DNA of 64,000 nucleotides from Ramazzottius varieornatus (lineage: Eukaryota > Animalia > Tardigrada). The stretch spans positions 2,043,826-2,107,825 of the forward strand of contig BDGG01000002.1 in assembly GCA_001949185.1 (NCBI GenBank), in the 5' to 3' direction. How positions within the stretch are numbered: position 1 is the stretch's first letter; every line of letters begins with the position of its first letter. The translations under genes were made by a program, and so were the position numbers. The notes beneath the pieces were generated by a model, which was given only the letters and a program-made list of their open reading frames with translations, was not told the DNA's origin and ran no database searches. This document shows positions 30,537 to 43,611 of this stretch, one piece after another.

Positions 30537-31072
30537 TCAATATTGATGGAGACGGCCCAAGAGTGCCGGCATTTTGATTGGCACAGGTGGAGAGGTTGGA
30601 GGACGGGAACTTACCGCCATCATGCCGGCCACGCCACTTCCGCCGCTCTTGGGAGGCAGACCATTTGTGGTATCGTACATACGCGGCGGAGGACTGGTCA
30701 TGGCTTGGGAAGCCCGTTGACCGTGTAGATTGCTCTGAATGTAACTCTGGCTGGGACGACCAGAGGAGCTGCCGTTGCTGACGGTGCCGGGAGCCGGCTC
30801 GTACTGAACATTGGTCAAGTCGGATTTGTACTCATGATCACCCTCAATCGGCTCCACACTGTAAAGTAACACATAACACTTACGGAAACAGTTCCAGAAG
30901 ACACATTAGATGACTGTTTTACTTCCCGTATTCACGGGAGCTCCTGCAAACAAACTTGATCAAATCGTTTTCCCAAGTGGCGCAGGCTTCAAGCCAATAC
31001 CACTAAAATGTGCGCCACTTGGGAAAACGATCTGCGCGTCTATTTTTTCTCACTGTACCTGTTTGAATGCAT
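30537..31072 (-). CDS. Ser/Pro/Gly-rich coding exons: either a small gene or an N-terminal extension of the ninjurin
   Basis: ATGCATTCAAACAG|gt...ag|TGTGGAGCCG gives MHSNSVEPIEGDHEY.... A strong donor GCG|GTAAGT at 30614 could splice in phase 0 to an acceptor near 30266, in frame with the ninjurin ATG. Confidence 0.45.
30964..31031. repeat. Family A core (N26) with perfect 21-bp arms, intron of the 30537-31072 exons
   Basis: ATCGTTTTCCCAAGTGGCGCA / TGCGCCACTTGGGAAAACGAT. Confidence 0.9.
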
Positions 31073-33127
31073 GATTATGCGGAAAATCGTTCGGGTAGCG
31101 TGTGCCTCATACTGTCTTCCAGCAGATTGTTCCGACAAACACGTCGGACGTTGACGTTGCGGTTAAAGTCATGGGATTCAGAAAGCTTGAGACATCCAGA
31201 TCAGTCCAACAGGAGGAGCACAAATTGCGGTTTCAATATTGTACAGCTGTCGAAATTCACAGAACCTACAGTAAGCGAATGGCGGTGAAAATGTCTAAAG
31301 GAATAAGGTTCAACCAAGGCTCGGAACCGGGGCGAAACGTTAACGGAGAGGATGAATGGAACCAAGGAAACGACAACAGAGGAGTAACAGAAGATCCAAA
31401 GTCGGATATCACGGGAGCCGAAAGAAAACACCTTGATCGTTGAACTTTGTTGCAGAGATAGGGTGTACCGGCAATGGAAAGACGATATCACAAACTGGGA
31501 CGTAGAGAAGTTTTAAGGTCGATGGGAGAGCAAAGAGCGAGTGTCGAACTGCTAGCTCCGCTGCACCGGCGACAGGGTGATTGAATACCAATCGATGGAT
31601 TAACCTAGAGGTGCGCAAAGCTACGGCAAGAACCAGCGGTGGAGTACCCTGGTGCAGGAGCTATGAGTGAGGCTACCGGTCTGCGGAAGTAGTTAGCGTG
31701 GCGATTACCGGTGTTACGTACGGAGCATTGTTGGATTACGGCACGCAGAGGACGCTGTACTCTGAGAACTCGTGAACAAGCAGTTTCCTAGGTCGCTGAT
31801 ATTGACAGCCTTTTGTTGGAGCAAGACCTACGCTGAATGGACGTTCAACAATGCAGAGGGATATTGATCGCATGCAGTCCGACTGTTCACAGAAATGATT
31901 TACTGCAACAGCTGCATACCGTCAACTGTTGGCTATTATTGATGTATCTCTCAGACGCAAGAACTTATCGAATCTTTCGGTCATTCTTCAGCACAGGAGG
32001 AAATCCAACGGTTTTTGCAGCGAAAAATAATGACACCGGATTCGGTTCCGTCCGAGAGAAGTCTGTGAATGCTGACAAGAGCCTACCGGACGAAAGCGGC
32101 GCAGTGCCGTACAGAGTAACCGGGTTGAAAAGTACTGAACATACCCACCTGGGCTTGGGCAGTATAGTATCACCTAGTGCCTTGGCATGCTTCTCCTTTG
32201 TCGCATTGGTCTTCCCACTTTATCCAGCCGGAAAACTTTCGACGTCTTGTTCCCGCTTGTCGCGAGTCACGACACAAAAGTATCCCGAGTCTAGAAGACA
32301 TTTGGCTTGTCTGTCACACGCTGTGCCACGGTTTCCTCGTTCTTGTCATCAGGACGACCTGCTGGTACAGACTGATACAAAACCAACCTCTGGTTCCTTC
32401 CAGCCCCGCCAACTCTTACGTACCAGGTCATCTCATCGCTAAAGTCAGTGCCTGTCAGCTTGCTCATTTATTTTTATTTTAGCCAGGGAAAAGCTGGTCG
32501 ATCACGGCGCAGAAATTCGAAGTAAGTTGGGGGGTTAACAGAGGTGGTTTGCTCAAGCCATTCCTTATCTTCTTCTTCACCATCAGCACAGCTCTGCTGG
32601 GCGTCGTTCTTTACAGAGCTGATTTCGTCTGGAAGGTCCTGTAACCCTCACAAAGAGCAAGTCTGGATATACTGGAAAAGTCGGCTTCCCTGAGTGACTC
32701 ACTTGTACCATGGAAGCTGAACGTCTCCGAAGAAATTCTGGACAACTTGAAGGACCAATCGAGCAGGACGAAGTACGGCAAACCCATACAAACTCAGAGA
32801 TTTGCTTGCGGACAATCAAGGAAATCTCCCCGGAGGCGGGATAACCAAGAGCAAATCCTCTCAATCAGAACATACAAAACGGCACCTAAGCTGAGAAGAT
32901 CAGTTAGGATTTTCTAGAGGAAGTGATCTGAGTAGGGGCTCAAAAATTTCCTTGTTCACGAGTGCTCCCCTCCCTGTTGTGAATCCGACCTTAGGTTGAA
33001 TTGCTGACAGGGATCACTTGTCAACTCGAGCAGGCAGTTAGCTTCTTGCGGCACGCATGAAATCAGTTCCATCTCCTTTTCAGAGAAGAAACCCTCGTTG
33101 AAGCACTCCACGGACACGGAACTTTTC

Positions 33128-34668
33128 TCAACCATGCATCCGGTTGTGGTCCGAAGTTCCTTCCGTAGGATACCACCCCAGAAAACTATTGTCCATCACG
33201 TTGCCTCCAAGCAGTTTATACAGCAACGCAGGACTCTGCATCGTCATAGAGTAGCTGTTGCCCAGTGTGTCAATATTATGCACCACTTCGCTTCGCGGAC
33301 CTTCGCCGGACCCTTTCAAGAAGGCAGCCCAGTGACTAAAGCCGGATATCTCACAAAGCTCCGAAGTGGTCAAGTGGAACGCGGCAGTTTCAAAGAATGT
33401 AGGAAGCCAGTCGGAACAAGCGTGGAACAAGCTTTTGTAGGCATAGCCGCGACGACGTAAGTGATGCGACCAAATGAACGCGGCCTGCGGATACCACACC
33501 TTCGAACAGCGAACCTTTGCCGTGACGTTGTGGCCAGTTGCTGCCAAAGTTGTGCCCGTGAACAACATCGCCGTTGACTGGAACGGACGCACCGTTGTCG
33601 GAGAGGAAGACAGTGATGATGGTGTCGAGAAGCTGTTTGTGCTTCAGAGCCTGAATGATGTTTCGGAAACTTTCATCCATTGCTTGGACAAGATCTAGCA
33701 ATTCTCCTAGAAATTCTTGTTGGAAATTTTATCTGTCTAAAAGGGGAAATCGGCAAATGAAATGAACACGATCGTTAACTCCAGTGGCGCACCTTTCCAT
33801 TAAAACTAGCTGTGCGTGGGCGCCAGTTGGGTAAATGATTATTTCGTAACTTTTTCCGACCAGGCAGTGAATCGGGAAAAGACATGACAGCAGGCCGAAG
33901 ATCGTATTCGGGTGTAGCTTGCACCACAGCTTTGTAGTTCTTAAAGCCGGTATGGACAGTTGGAGAGGCAAAGTAGAGGTATAATGGCGTGGAGTTGTGG
34001 TCTTGGCGGTGAACATGGCCGAAGAGTACCAACCGTTGACCATATCTTCCGGGACGCTTTTCCCATTCTGTCACAGTGCGCGGCCTGACACGAGAATGGG
34101 AAGGTATCAGCCAGCGGTGTAGTTGAAGTAGATGGTGTCACCACAAGCGAAACCGAACCAATCATCAAACCCTCGCGCATCTGCGAAACATGCAGATTGT
34201 TCCTCCGTTGAGATCACTGTCAGCATATAATGTGAGTTTACTTACTTGGGAACTAGTCCGTCGTGTGAGATCCCATATGCTACTATGGAAGAAACGACCA
34301 TCAGGAAAGAAAAAGATGGCTTCAGGTAAGGGGTCAAAAGCGCTACCTTTCCAATGGCGTAGGTGGAATAGCCGAGCTCCTTGAGGTGCTGGGGTTGAAA
34401 CTTGAACTGCAGAGGCACTCCATAAGGATGTCCATCGGCGATGGCTCCAGTCTGCATGCCGATCTGAAATGGATATTTCCCCGTCAGGAAAGAGGCTCTG
34501 GAGGGCGAGCATGCAGACAGGACTGACGTGGTGTCGGTCCAAGATGATTCCGTCCCAGGCGTACTTGTCAATGCTGGGTGTCGGTGTCTGAAGATTACCT
34601 TCCGTAAAACTCCCATCCGATCTCCTGTACCCTATCGAATAGGTGATGTGAATAATCGTGGAAAGCAC
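33128..34668 (-). pseudogene. Arylsulfatase B/J-like pseudogene
   Basis: Sulfatase motifs TPSIDK..DGIILDRH, CSPSRASFLTGKYP, LGYSTYAIGK, VFLSDNG, GSNWP.R.GKGSLFEG, SDWLPT. There is a 4-nt insertion at the catalytic Cys, TAG replaces the W of WH(L/M)G, and further stops and frameshifts follow. Confidence 0.85.
33784..33826. repeat. Family A core (N27, degenerate), probable intron of the sulfatase pseudogene
   Basis: GTGGCGCA-27-GGCGCCAG. Confidence 0.65.
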
Positions 34669-35570
34669 CTGGTGTGCTGAAAAAAGGTTTCAAACAGACC
34701 AGGTCATCCGCCATGGAAATCAAGACGTTCGGCCGAGGCTTGGAAGGATCGATATTCCGATCGACCTAACTCTTGCGGTGTTGCCGAGAAGAATGCTGAT
34801 GCTTTTCATCCTCACCAGCGCTTGCGTAGTTGTGCAACATTTCGACAATTCGGTCTCGGGATCTCGAGCCTCGAGCACTTATCCAGCCAGGATGGGGTAA
34901 ACTGGATATCCGAATACTGTGGTAATGGACCATGCATGCGCCACTGACAGAACGAAAGCGCACTAAAGGACCTCCATAACGCTCGCAGTGAAAACAAGAT
35001 GTCAAGCGAACTGTAGTTCTTACCCTCACCCGGAAACTTCAGCCGCTGTTGATCTACGCACATTCGAGTTCACGATGCTTTGCTTCCTGAGTGCACATCT
35101 ATAGTCGGCCAGTTCCATTAAAGTTCGCTACGGCGGTACGGGAGCACGTACGTACGCGACCGATTCACAGTAATATATTTTTCGACGCTTTTCTACCGTC
35201 GAATTTCCTTTTCACCGTCCTTTCCGCTTGTCCCATAATTTTTACTATACCATAATTTCTTCTCTTGCGTGTACTCTAGTGACTGCTGGTGGGTTAGTAA
35301 TGGGACGTCATACGGATCGCTAAGCATACAAGCTAAGTTACTATTGATAACAATGGAAAACACGCGGTGCCGGTGCGCGGAGACAGGGTATGTGCAAATC
35401 GCTTGTCACGTAAAACTAGACTTTGAACTGTATTGTTTGGTTGATCCATTGACTTCGCTGTAAAGCGGTTTCTTTGCCACATGCCGATTTCATCAACCAG
35501 TTCAGAGCTATGCTGCCGCGGCAAAAAACACAGGGTACACACAAAATATATACATGCAAGACTTGACATT

Positions 35571-36743
35571 CTATCCTGATGGTTGTGCGGAAGTAATATT
35601 AAAATTTTCAGGTAAAACAGCGACGATATTAGAGGGAGAACCAGTACCATAAGTGATTTTCATGGGCGCCACCATGACAAAAGCTCCAGTAGGCGGCAGC
35701 TTCTCCAAGTTAGCTGCGAATTCGATACCGATCCTGTTAGCATGCGCCACAACACGATGGACGAACTCCTTTCCCAGGTTCATCGGATGCTCGAGGGAAC
35801 CCAGATCAGTGCCGATGCCTTTCGCCTTCCGGTCGTGAATCAGGAAGTTGGCGGACTCTTCGGAGAAGGCGGGGTACTTGAGAGACTTGACGTCGTAAAT
35901 GTTGTCCGAACCGAACAGCTGCTGCTTGTTGGGCCAGCGAAGACCGATACCGGTCAGCAGGAAAACGAACGCTCCGTCGGGGATCTGGCCATATTGAGCT
36001 TCCCAGTCGAGGATGTCTTGTTTGCCGAGTGCGAAGAGACGGTTCTTTGTGCATTTATCTGTGACGTTGAGGACGATGGCGGGCCCGATCAGATCTGCCG
36101 GCTTGACGTCAGCCGCATCTAACCTGCAAACATTTTAACATCACTTCTTCACCTACCAGTTCTGTCAAATATTGATATCATTAGTTTAATTATACCCTGT
36201 CTAATAGATTATTCTGCGAAAAGGTTCACCTAGTATCGTTCTTTCGAAATGGAAAGGAAAGTATCAAATTTTTTCTCTCCAAGTGGCGCACGCTTCGATC
36301 CAATAACAATACAATGTGCGCCACTTGGGATAACGAGATGGATGATATCGTTCACGGCGTCTCAAGTGCCAGTTTTAAATTCTTTTCTTCTCAAAAGCCT
36401 GCCGCCGCGGAGCGAAGAACAATGAAAAACGGTGGGCTGCGTCTACATACCCATTTTTAATGTAATGTGAGGGTAAATCGATATGCGTCCCGCCGTGTTC
36501 CGCCGCATGGAAGCGATTAGAGCGAAAGTAAAATCCTCGTTTTTCATTCTCCTCGATGGTCCGCAGATCAAAGTTCCAACCTGCTTTGTCGTGTTCCACC
36601 CAGTAAACGGTCTCATTATTGAAGGGATGTGTCAGGTCCAGCAGCCGGTCCGTACTGATGGTGAAACTTTGCACGGGAAAACTCCTCGCTGTCGAAATAT
36701 GAAACGCTGCCACGGATAGCAACACTGTGCATAGGTTCGCCAT
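35571..36743 (-). CDS. Secreted cyclase-family metallohydrolase (kynurenine formamidase / isatin hydrolase-like; 2 exons)
   Basis: Signal peptide; LLDLTHPF; signature EHGGTHIDLPSH; GIGTD; E..ANLEKLPPTGAFVMVAPMKITYGTGSP. Confidence 0.88.
36279..36328. repeat. Family A core (N26), cyclase intron
   Basis: CCAAGTGGCGCA / TGCGCCACTTGG. Confidence 0.88.
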
Positions 36744-37564
36744 CACCCTGCAGTTCGACACTCTACCGCCAGAACGAACAAAATTCGACTGAGTTTCGGT
36801 CTGGTTAGAGTACGTTCGGGCTTATGTACTGTACGTGGAAAGAAGAATTTACTGTAGATTTCGGGAGTTGATTTTTTTTATGAACTTTGGACCATGGTTA
36901 TGCTGCCGATCCATCAACGCGGAAGAGCACGCTAGCTATATCAAGATGGTCAATCAGTACAGACTTGATCTTGAGTACCAGGGTCATCGTGAATTTCCCG
37001 AAAACGTGCTGATGCAAAGCGATCGCCGCAAAGTCACATGACTTATTCTGACACCCGTACATATGTACTAACTTAGCGACAGCCGCTGTTGCCAGTCGGT
37101 CTCGTGCCTGGAAAACCCCTAAGAAAACAAATGGCTTTTTATCGCAACTTATAAGCTTGAAGCTTGATTGATACTTCAAAAGCACAGGCGAAAGTCTGCA
37201 AGAGTGAACTGCACGCCTGTCGCAGTTCACTTTTGCAATCATGTAGTCAGCTGTACAATTTTCTTCCTGGTCTCGTTTTACCGTTCCGGAAACCTTCGTG
37301 GAAACACACATCCATTCGCACTTCATTATGATGCGAAGGCAAGACTGACGTAGAGAAACACTTGAGTCTACCGCACATCGAGAAGAAGCTTTCAGAAAGT
37401 AGGCACTACAGATCAGTACAGCTACTTCAACAAAAGGGGAGGGGGAAAGTCATTCCAGACATTCACGGGCAATGCTGCAGGAAAGCTCTCAGGGGGAAAA
37501 AGACGGTAACAATGAGTAAAACATCATCGACGTTATCACAAGAAGGTAGCGTACTGATAACAGG

Positions 37565-40500
37565 CTACATGACGTTACACTCCAACTGGGACTGGTCGCC
37601 GGCAATGGCGGAAGGGATGAACATGGGCAGTTCGGAGGCTGCCGCGCGGCACATGTACGTCATGGTGCCGAAGCGACCACTGGGTGCCGTGTCGTAAAAG
37701 TTCAGACAGATACCTGCAGCTCCACCACACCGTGCCGGCGTCCACTGTGAAACAGTGGGCATGGGGGCTCCCTTGACGGCACAACACATTGTGCTGTCCC
37801 CGTCGTTGTTCATCTACAATAACACAAAGTGGTAAAGTAACGCAGGAAAAAATGGCACTGCACTCCAATAATGGGCACAGAAAAGCGAAAACAAGATCAG
37901 CGAAACAAATGCAGAAAAAGAATCGAAAATACTATTCGGTGACATTTTTCTGCTTGATTGCTTTCTGATTTCACGTGGTGTTTCCGATACAGTATTTCAT
38001 GAGGTTTAGAGTCCCTAACATTCATCATGAAACTATCGTACTTGGTCTGCTAGGTAAAGTCCATAGGCTTTGAGGACCAGCGCACGAATGTCGACAGGGC
38101 GGTCAAACCGACAGCGCGGCTCGTACTCAACCAGCATGGTCAGAATCATCAGTGATTCCACCAAAAGCTGGCGATATTCTGGCTGCGAAACCGTCGACAG
38201 GATATTCTCCACATGCAGGGCAAACTTGAGTTCCCCTGCTGTCATCTTTAGCAAAAAAAAACAATCATCACCCACTTTTGCCAGAAATAGTGCTACAGAA
38301 AATCAAACAGAGATTCCTAGAAGAACTCAAAGTCAAGGTAGAGTGACTTACTTCGTTGGTGAGATTAGGACTGAGAAACATGCCATCAGTCACAGTCAAG
38401 CCCTGGGACTTTTCCAGCAAATGCCAGATCCTTGGGTAAAAGTCCTCGGGTAGCCGATTCAACGCTCCGTCTATCCGTCTTCTCCTCAGCCAACGACCCG
38501 TCTTTTCCGGGAACTCTACCGGTGAGACCTGGACGGCGTCCGCCGCCCCGTTGGCGGTCGGCGGAAGAGAGTCTTCACTGCCCAACACTTTTCCATCTTG
38601 CCCACTGAACATCAGCATCAAGTTGGCACTATTCTGCAAAAGCAGCAGAAAAGCATGATCAAAGAGACTGCATAGAAGGACATACCAGAAGGAGACTCTC
38701 ACCATGCTGACTTTCATGGATTTCCGCAGACGCTCAATACCCGAGCGTCGAACTTTGGAGACTAGCGTTGGTGTGATTTTCAACTGAGCATCTTCTTCGG
38801 CGTCGTCGTCGTCGTCGTGAACGCCAATTTCTTTGCCACTGAGAATGTGGTGAAGCAGGATCTTCATCTCGTATGGACTCAAGTTCAGCAAATATTCCGA
38901 CGCATCTTCGCCTGTCAGCAAATGCACGCTTCACTTTCATGTGGCGCACTTTCTAATGTATTCCCAGTAACCTACTGCGCCGCTCTGGAGCAGTCAGGTG
39001 AAGTGGCGCACAACACCATGCATATCGAGGGGGTAACCTCGCCGCTTTGGATGAAAAAAAAGAGTGGCGCAATGTACACTGTACTTCGAGGAGTAACTGC
39101 GCCACTCTACAGAACTCAACTACAACGCAGTCAAAAATCCGCAGTCTTACTTACCTTTGCATTTGAGGTGTCTTGCAAGTTCCGCCGCCATGATTTGAAT
39201 GATTAGGCCGATCCTCAACCTCAGTAGGTCGTGGAACAGGGCGGGTTCAGTCCGGATAAACATAGCGAGATACATCAGCAATTCCTGAAGGACAAATCCT
39301 GTTGAAAACAACTGCCAGATCCACCACCGAAAACAACGGGAGACTTACCTGGGTCAACATGGCCGTACTCGTATCCAGCTTGTAGGCATCTCGTATCACA
39401 GCTTGAAGCTCATCGGGCGGTATGGGCCTCGTGATGGTAATCTCGTTATCCGACGGCATGCCCACCGTAATCTGTTTCTTGTGTACCAGCAAATCCGACA
39501 CAGCCTAAAACCGACCAATCGCCACAACGTTAAAAACTTCTGCCAGCAAACTTGAACGGAAGCTGTCACTCACATTGGCCAAGTCTTCCACGCGTTTTGC
39601 CAACATTCCTGCCGAATGCCGCACCAGCCACCACTTCTTCATCTGACAGGCCTTATCGTACAGCTCTTTCACTAAGTCCCCCACGGTCGCTTTGCCGAAA
39701 CTCAAGTTTTTCCCCGGCATTTTCGTTTCGAAAGTCATTCCCCTACAAAGAAAGGAACTATGAATTCCCATGAAAAGCCCACTACGGTCCCACCGATCGA
39801 ATGTAGTTCCACCACCCGATTTCAATTTGCCAGGTACCATACGGTCACAGTGCCTCAATATAAATTCTGATACCACCAAAAAAGAAACCCGATACCCAAC
39901 AGAATAAAACTTGATTTCTATTTAACATATACCATACTTTAACCGTGTATTAATGTGATGTATACTGGCTTGTAAACAGAAATCAGGTAACCAGCAGCAT
40001 ATTCGAACGGTGAGAGTATGCTTGACATTCACGCCGAACTTACTTTGTAAGGTAGAGGTAGTGGATGATTTCGGCTTGTTCACCCAGCGACTCGGTCTGC
40101 GTAAGCATTTCCAGCAGTTCCGGCACATCCACTTCCGGTAGGTTCACCACGCTCTTCCGCTCCGCTTTTTCGTCGATCGTCTGGCTGAAGATGGGTCGAT
40201 CGGTGGCGCTAGAGTGGAAGAACTCTTGTTGAGCGCTTGAATCAGCCGTCGACGTTCTGGACCGTGCTTGTATAGGCGGGCTTAGCGTCCCACCACTGGA
40301 GTCACCCGAACCCGACTGGTGTCGGTTACGAATGTCGATGATGCCGGGGTCGGTGGTATCCACTTGGATGGAGCGAGTGCGGCGAATGATGCCGGCGATG
40401 GAGCCTGTCCGTATACGAGCGTCACGAGAGAGCCGGCGTTTGGTGGGGTCGTTCCTGGGTTTGGCCATCGGCAGCTGGGGCTTGTTGGTGGCTCTCTGCT

Positions 40501-43500
40501 GCATCAAGCGGTCCAGGTAGGTCCGAATGTCGTCTCCGGATGAGATATTCGTACCTGAAAAACATGAGTTCCCTTTGACTCTTCACAAACCTAAGTCCGA
40601 AAAGCACACCTCAAAAAGATAACCAAATCCGTCCGTCCAAACAGCTGACTAATACAAAATGGCGCATTTGTCCCATTGATTTGCATCGGAAAACGCGCCA
40701 CTTTAATTCACCCATCCAAAATGACGCATTTACGCGCTGGTGTTAGACTAGCAAGTGCGTCAGTCTAGGTGGGCTTCTCTGGCGGCAAATGACTTCCTCG
40801 TCTGGCTTACCTCTTCGCGATCTTGCTTTTTGAGTGAAGGAACTAAAGGAGTCCAGAAATTGCAGAGTATACATGCAGGAAGTGTTGAGGAAGTCATCCA
40901 GCTGCCCCAAAACTACTCGAGCTCCATGCAGATAGCCCGTTTTACACTTGCGGAACGTAGCAGCCAGCGCCGGATGCAGCACCCCATTCTCATCAAAGCT
41001 CCGATCCGTCACTTCTAATATCGTCGTCGGTCTACCCAACATGCTCCAGTTTGACTTTAAAAAGGCAATATCTGACCGGAACATGTCGATCAAGAGGTAG
41101 GTGTCACTGGCAAGGTAAAAGTATTCTTGATCGAGGAACTGTGGCGTAAAGGCAATAATACGATCCTGTAATTGATAGAACGTGCTGGTACTCAGCACCC
41201 CCACTTGGTTCGACGTGCGACCGGTCAGGTTCAGCTTGTCACTCTTGCCTAGCTGTCCATAAATGTAACTGAGGACCCTGGCTGGGTACACTTCAATAGG
41301 AGAGACATCTTGGACGGTTTGGATATCCGTGATGCCGTTCTTCTCGCCTTTCTGCCGGACACTCTCGTTGGCTGCCAACACGACAATCTGTACCACAGTG
41401 TCGGGTCTCTTCTCCGTTACATATCGTCTACACAACGGGTCAATTTCGCCTATGGCCACGAAGCCTTCTCTGATGAGACAACAGAGAATGTAGAGCGACT
41501 GGCCCCATAAGAAGGGCTTCCGACCGATGGGGATGCGCTCTTGTGAGTGTGGGTTAGCACACTCGGCTTCGATCTTATCGTGGGGGACTGCGTACAGCTC
41601 GGGGATGAGCTTCAGGCCGTCGTCGGTACGGATGACCACTTCCTCCAGGGCTTCCCAGTACTCTTCGGCCATGTCGTAGTGGGAGGAGAAGAGGGCGTCG
41701 AGGAGGAGGTAGCAGAAGAAGACGGGCCACTCGCACTCGATGGACTCGAAGAGCTTGAGCTCCCACGTCTCATAGTAGAGGCGGTCCGGATTTTCGCGAC
41801 AGGTGCGGTAGCCGTCGCGCAGGAAACGCTTTAGACCGTAGCGACCTTGCAGTTTGTCGATGACCGTCTGACGGGTCTGCTCGATCAGGTCCGAGTCTTC
41901 CACCGCGAAGGCTGGATAACCGATGATAGCCAGTAGAGCGGCGTCTACTTCTTTCGAGTTGGACTCTCGCGGCAGCATAGATTGCAGAACCACCTGCCAG
42001 AAGAGAAACAACAGAGCAAGTAAAAAACGCAGTTCGGCAAACAAACTCGACGAGATTATTTCCCCAAGTGGCGCACCCTCTTAGGCAATAACACCTAACA
42101 CACTGCGCTACTTCGGATTACCCGAACAGATCGTTTTCCAACCTGGCGCACGCTTGCAGTCAGTAACACCAAAAACGTGCGTCACTTCCGAAAACGATCT
42201 GGTCGCGTGCGTCTGCCGACCTCCCGAATAGAACAAAATAGATAATATCTTCATTTTGCCCGATTGTTTAGCGATAAGTAGATGATTTCTACATACCTGG
42301 CATTTCTGAGTTTCGTCAGGTATGCAGTGTATGACAGATCCCGGGCCGCCTCTTGCTCCAAACAAGTCTAAGTCGTTGATGGCTTCCAGCGCGGCTTTGG
42401 CCATGCCGATCGACGAGGAGTTCAGCTCGGTTTCGCCTTTGTTCGTCTTGTCTCCTCTTTCCCACACACCATAATCCGGTATCCGGTAGGCCGCTTCGAT
42501 GTAAAAGACCAGATTCTGGACAAAGGCTACTTCGTCCAGCGTGCAGACGATCTGCACACCGGAAGCCGTCATCTGGGCCAGTGTCAGCATGTACAACGAC
42601 ACGGCGTCCAGTTGCAGATGACCATACTGCGCGTCGCCCACCACAGTCTTCATGTTGCGAATGCCGTACTTGGCGTGCAGTGAGTCTGTCGGGCTTTGCG
42701 AACGCTTGAAGTTCTCCACCTTGTTCGCTTGCCTCATCATGCAACACAGAAGGCTTCGCATATTCTTAATGCATCGCTGGAAGAAAAGACGTCACGACAT
42801 TAGGCGTATTAATAAAAGGCTGTTGTACTGTACTTTTAGTGCGCCGAAGCCAGCGATGCCCGATACGATTAAACTTCTGGTACCTTAAATTTACAGTCAG
42901 CTATGGAGCGGCGGGCAGCAGAGGCGGCTAGAAGTGCTAACAAGGTTCGCAATTTGGCCCTTTTTCTACAAAGTTGCTGGTCAGGTCCGTGCTCGGTACA
43001 ACCTTGCCCGATAATCCCTGAAAAGTTCAGAGAAAGGGCCCAACTGCGGACCTTTTTGATACCTCCAGCCGCAGTTCCGTAGTCGCACATGATCTATCAA
43101 TAACTGACTGTAAATCAAGCCTTAAATTCTCGGGTGCTAGAAGTTTAACCGTACAGCAGCAGGCATCGAAAGCCGGATCATCTAAGCATATCAATGGCAT
43201 TTCTACCTGCTGCAACTCGTAAGATTTTGCTCGGTCCTCATCCAAATCCGAGTTCTTCCGGTACGCTAGAGCTAGCGCCCACACTGACAGGATAGAGTAG
43301 ACGTTGTCGCGAATCCACGCTTCATTGTTTTCCTGCTTGGTGGCTTCATAAGCTCCAGGGAAGAGTCCACTGACTGGATCCTGTCGAAAAACGGTGAAAC
43401 GGAAAATTAATCATGTATTTTGTCGCTCCACGATTCCCTCACGATATACCTGGTAACGGAGAATAGATTTATAAACAAGTCTTTGATAATAATCCAGACG

Positions 43501-43611
43501 GACGGCGGAGTTGGAGCGAGCTCGCATGCGCTCGGAAGGCTGCCCGTTAAGCTCCGTAGCTTCGTCGGTTGAACCCGACCGCGACAACGGTCGCCCTAAT
43601 GATCCCATCAT
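37565..43611 (-). CDS. PHKA: Phosphorylase b kinase regulatory subunit alpha
   Basis: [18 protein letters not shown]...|[31 protein letters not shown]; [10 protein letters not shown]; [14 protein letters not shown]; [13 protein letters not shown]; [15 protein letters not shown]; C-terminal CaaX box CNVM. Confidence 0.95.
38941..39105. repeat. Family A triplet (period 62/61 bp), PHKA intron
   Basis: Cores at 38941, 39003 and 39064; spacers 27, 27 and 26. Confidence 0.85.
40659..40763. repeat. Family A doublet (period 62 bp), PHKA intron
   Basis: ATGGCGCA-27-CGCGCCAC, then TGACGCA-27-TGCGTCA. Confidence 0.75.
42068..42185. repeat. Family A doublet, PHKA intron
   Basis: Cores at 42068 (N28) and 42143 (N27), inside GGCAAACAAACTCGAC / GTCGCGTGCGTCTGCC outer arms. 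Confidence 0.8.
42883..43118. mobile_element. MITE-like palindromic element, family B (copy 2), in a PHKA intron
   Basis: Inverted arms TTTACAGTCAGCTAT / ATAACTGACTGTAAA and GGTTCGCAATTTGGCCC / GGGCCCAACTGCGGACC. Strongly similar to 1600-1750. Confidence 0.65.

Noticed and set aside
31100-33000. Several 90-200 aa ORFs on both strands
   Set aside because: No motifs or consistent splice structure; probably UTR or decayed sequence.
38941-39105. CRISPR-like repeat-spacer appearance
   Set aside because: It lies in a eukaryotic intron, has only three units, the arms are short inverted 8-mers, and there are no cas genes. Reported as a palindrome array instead.
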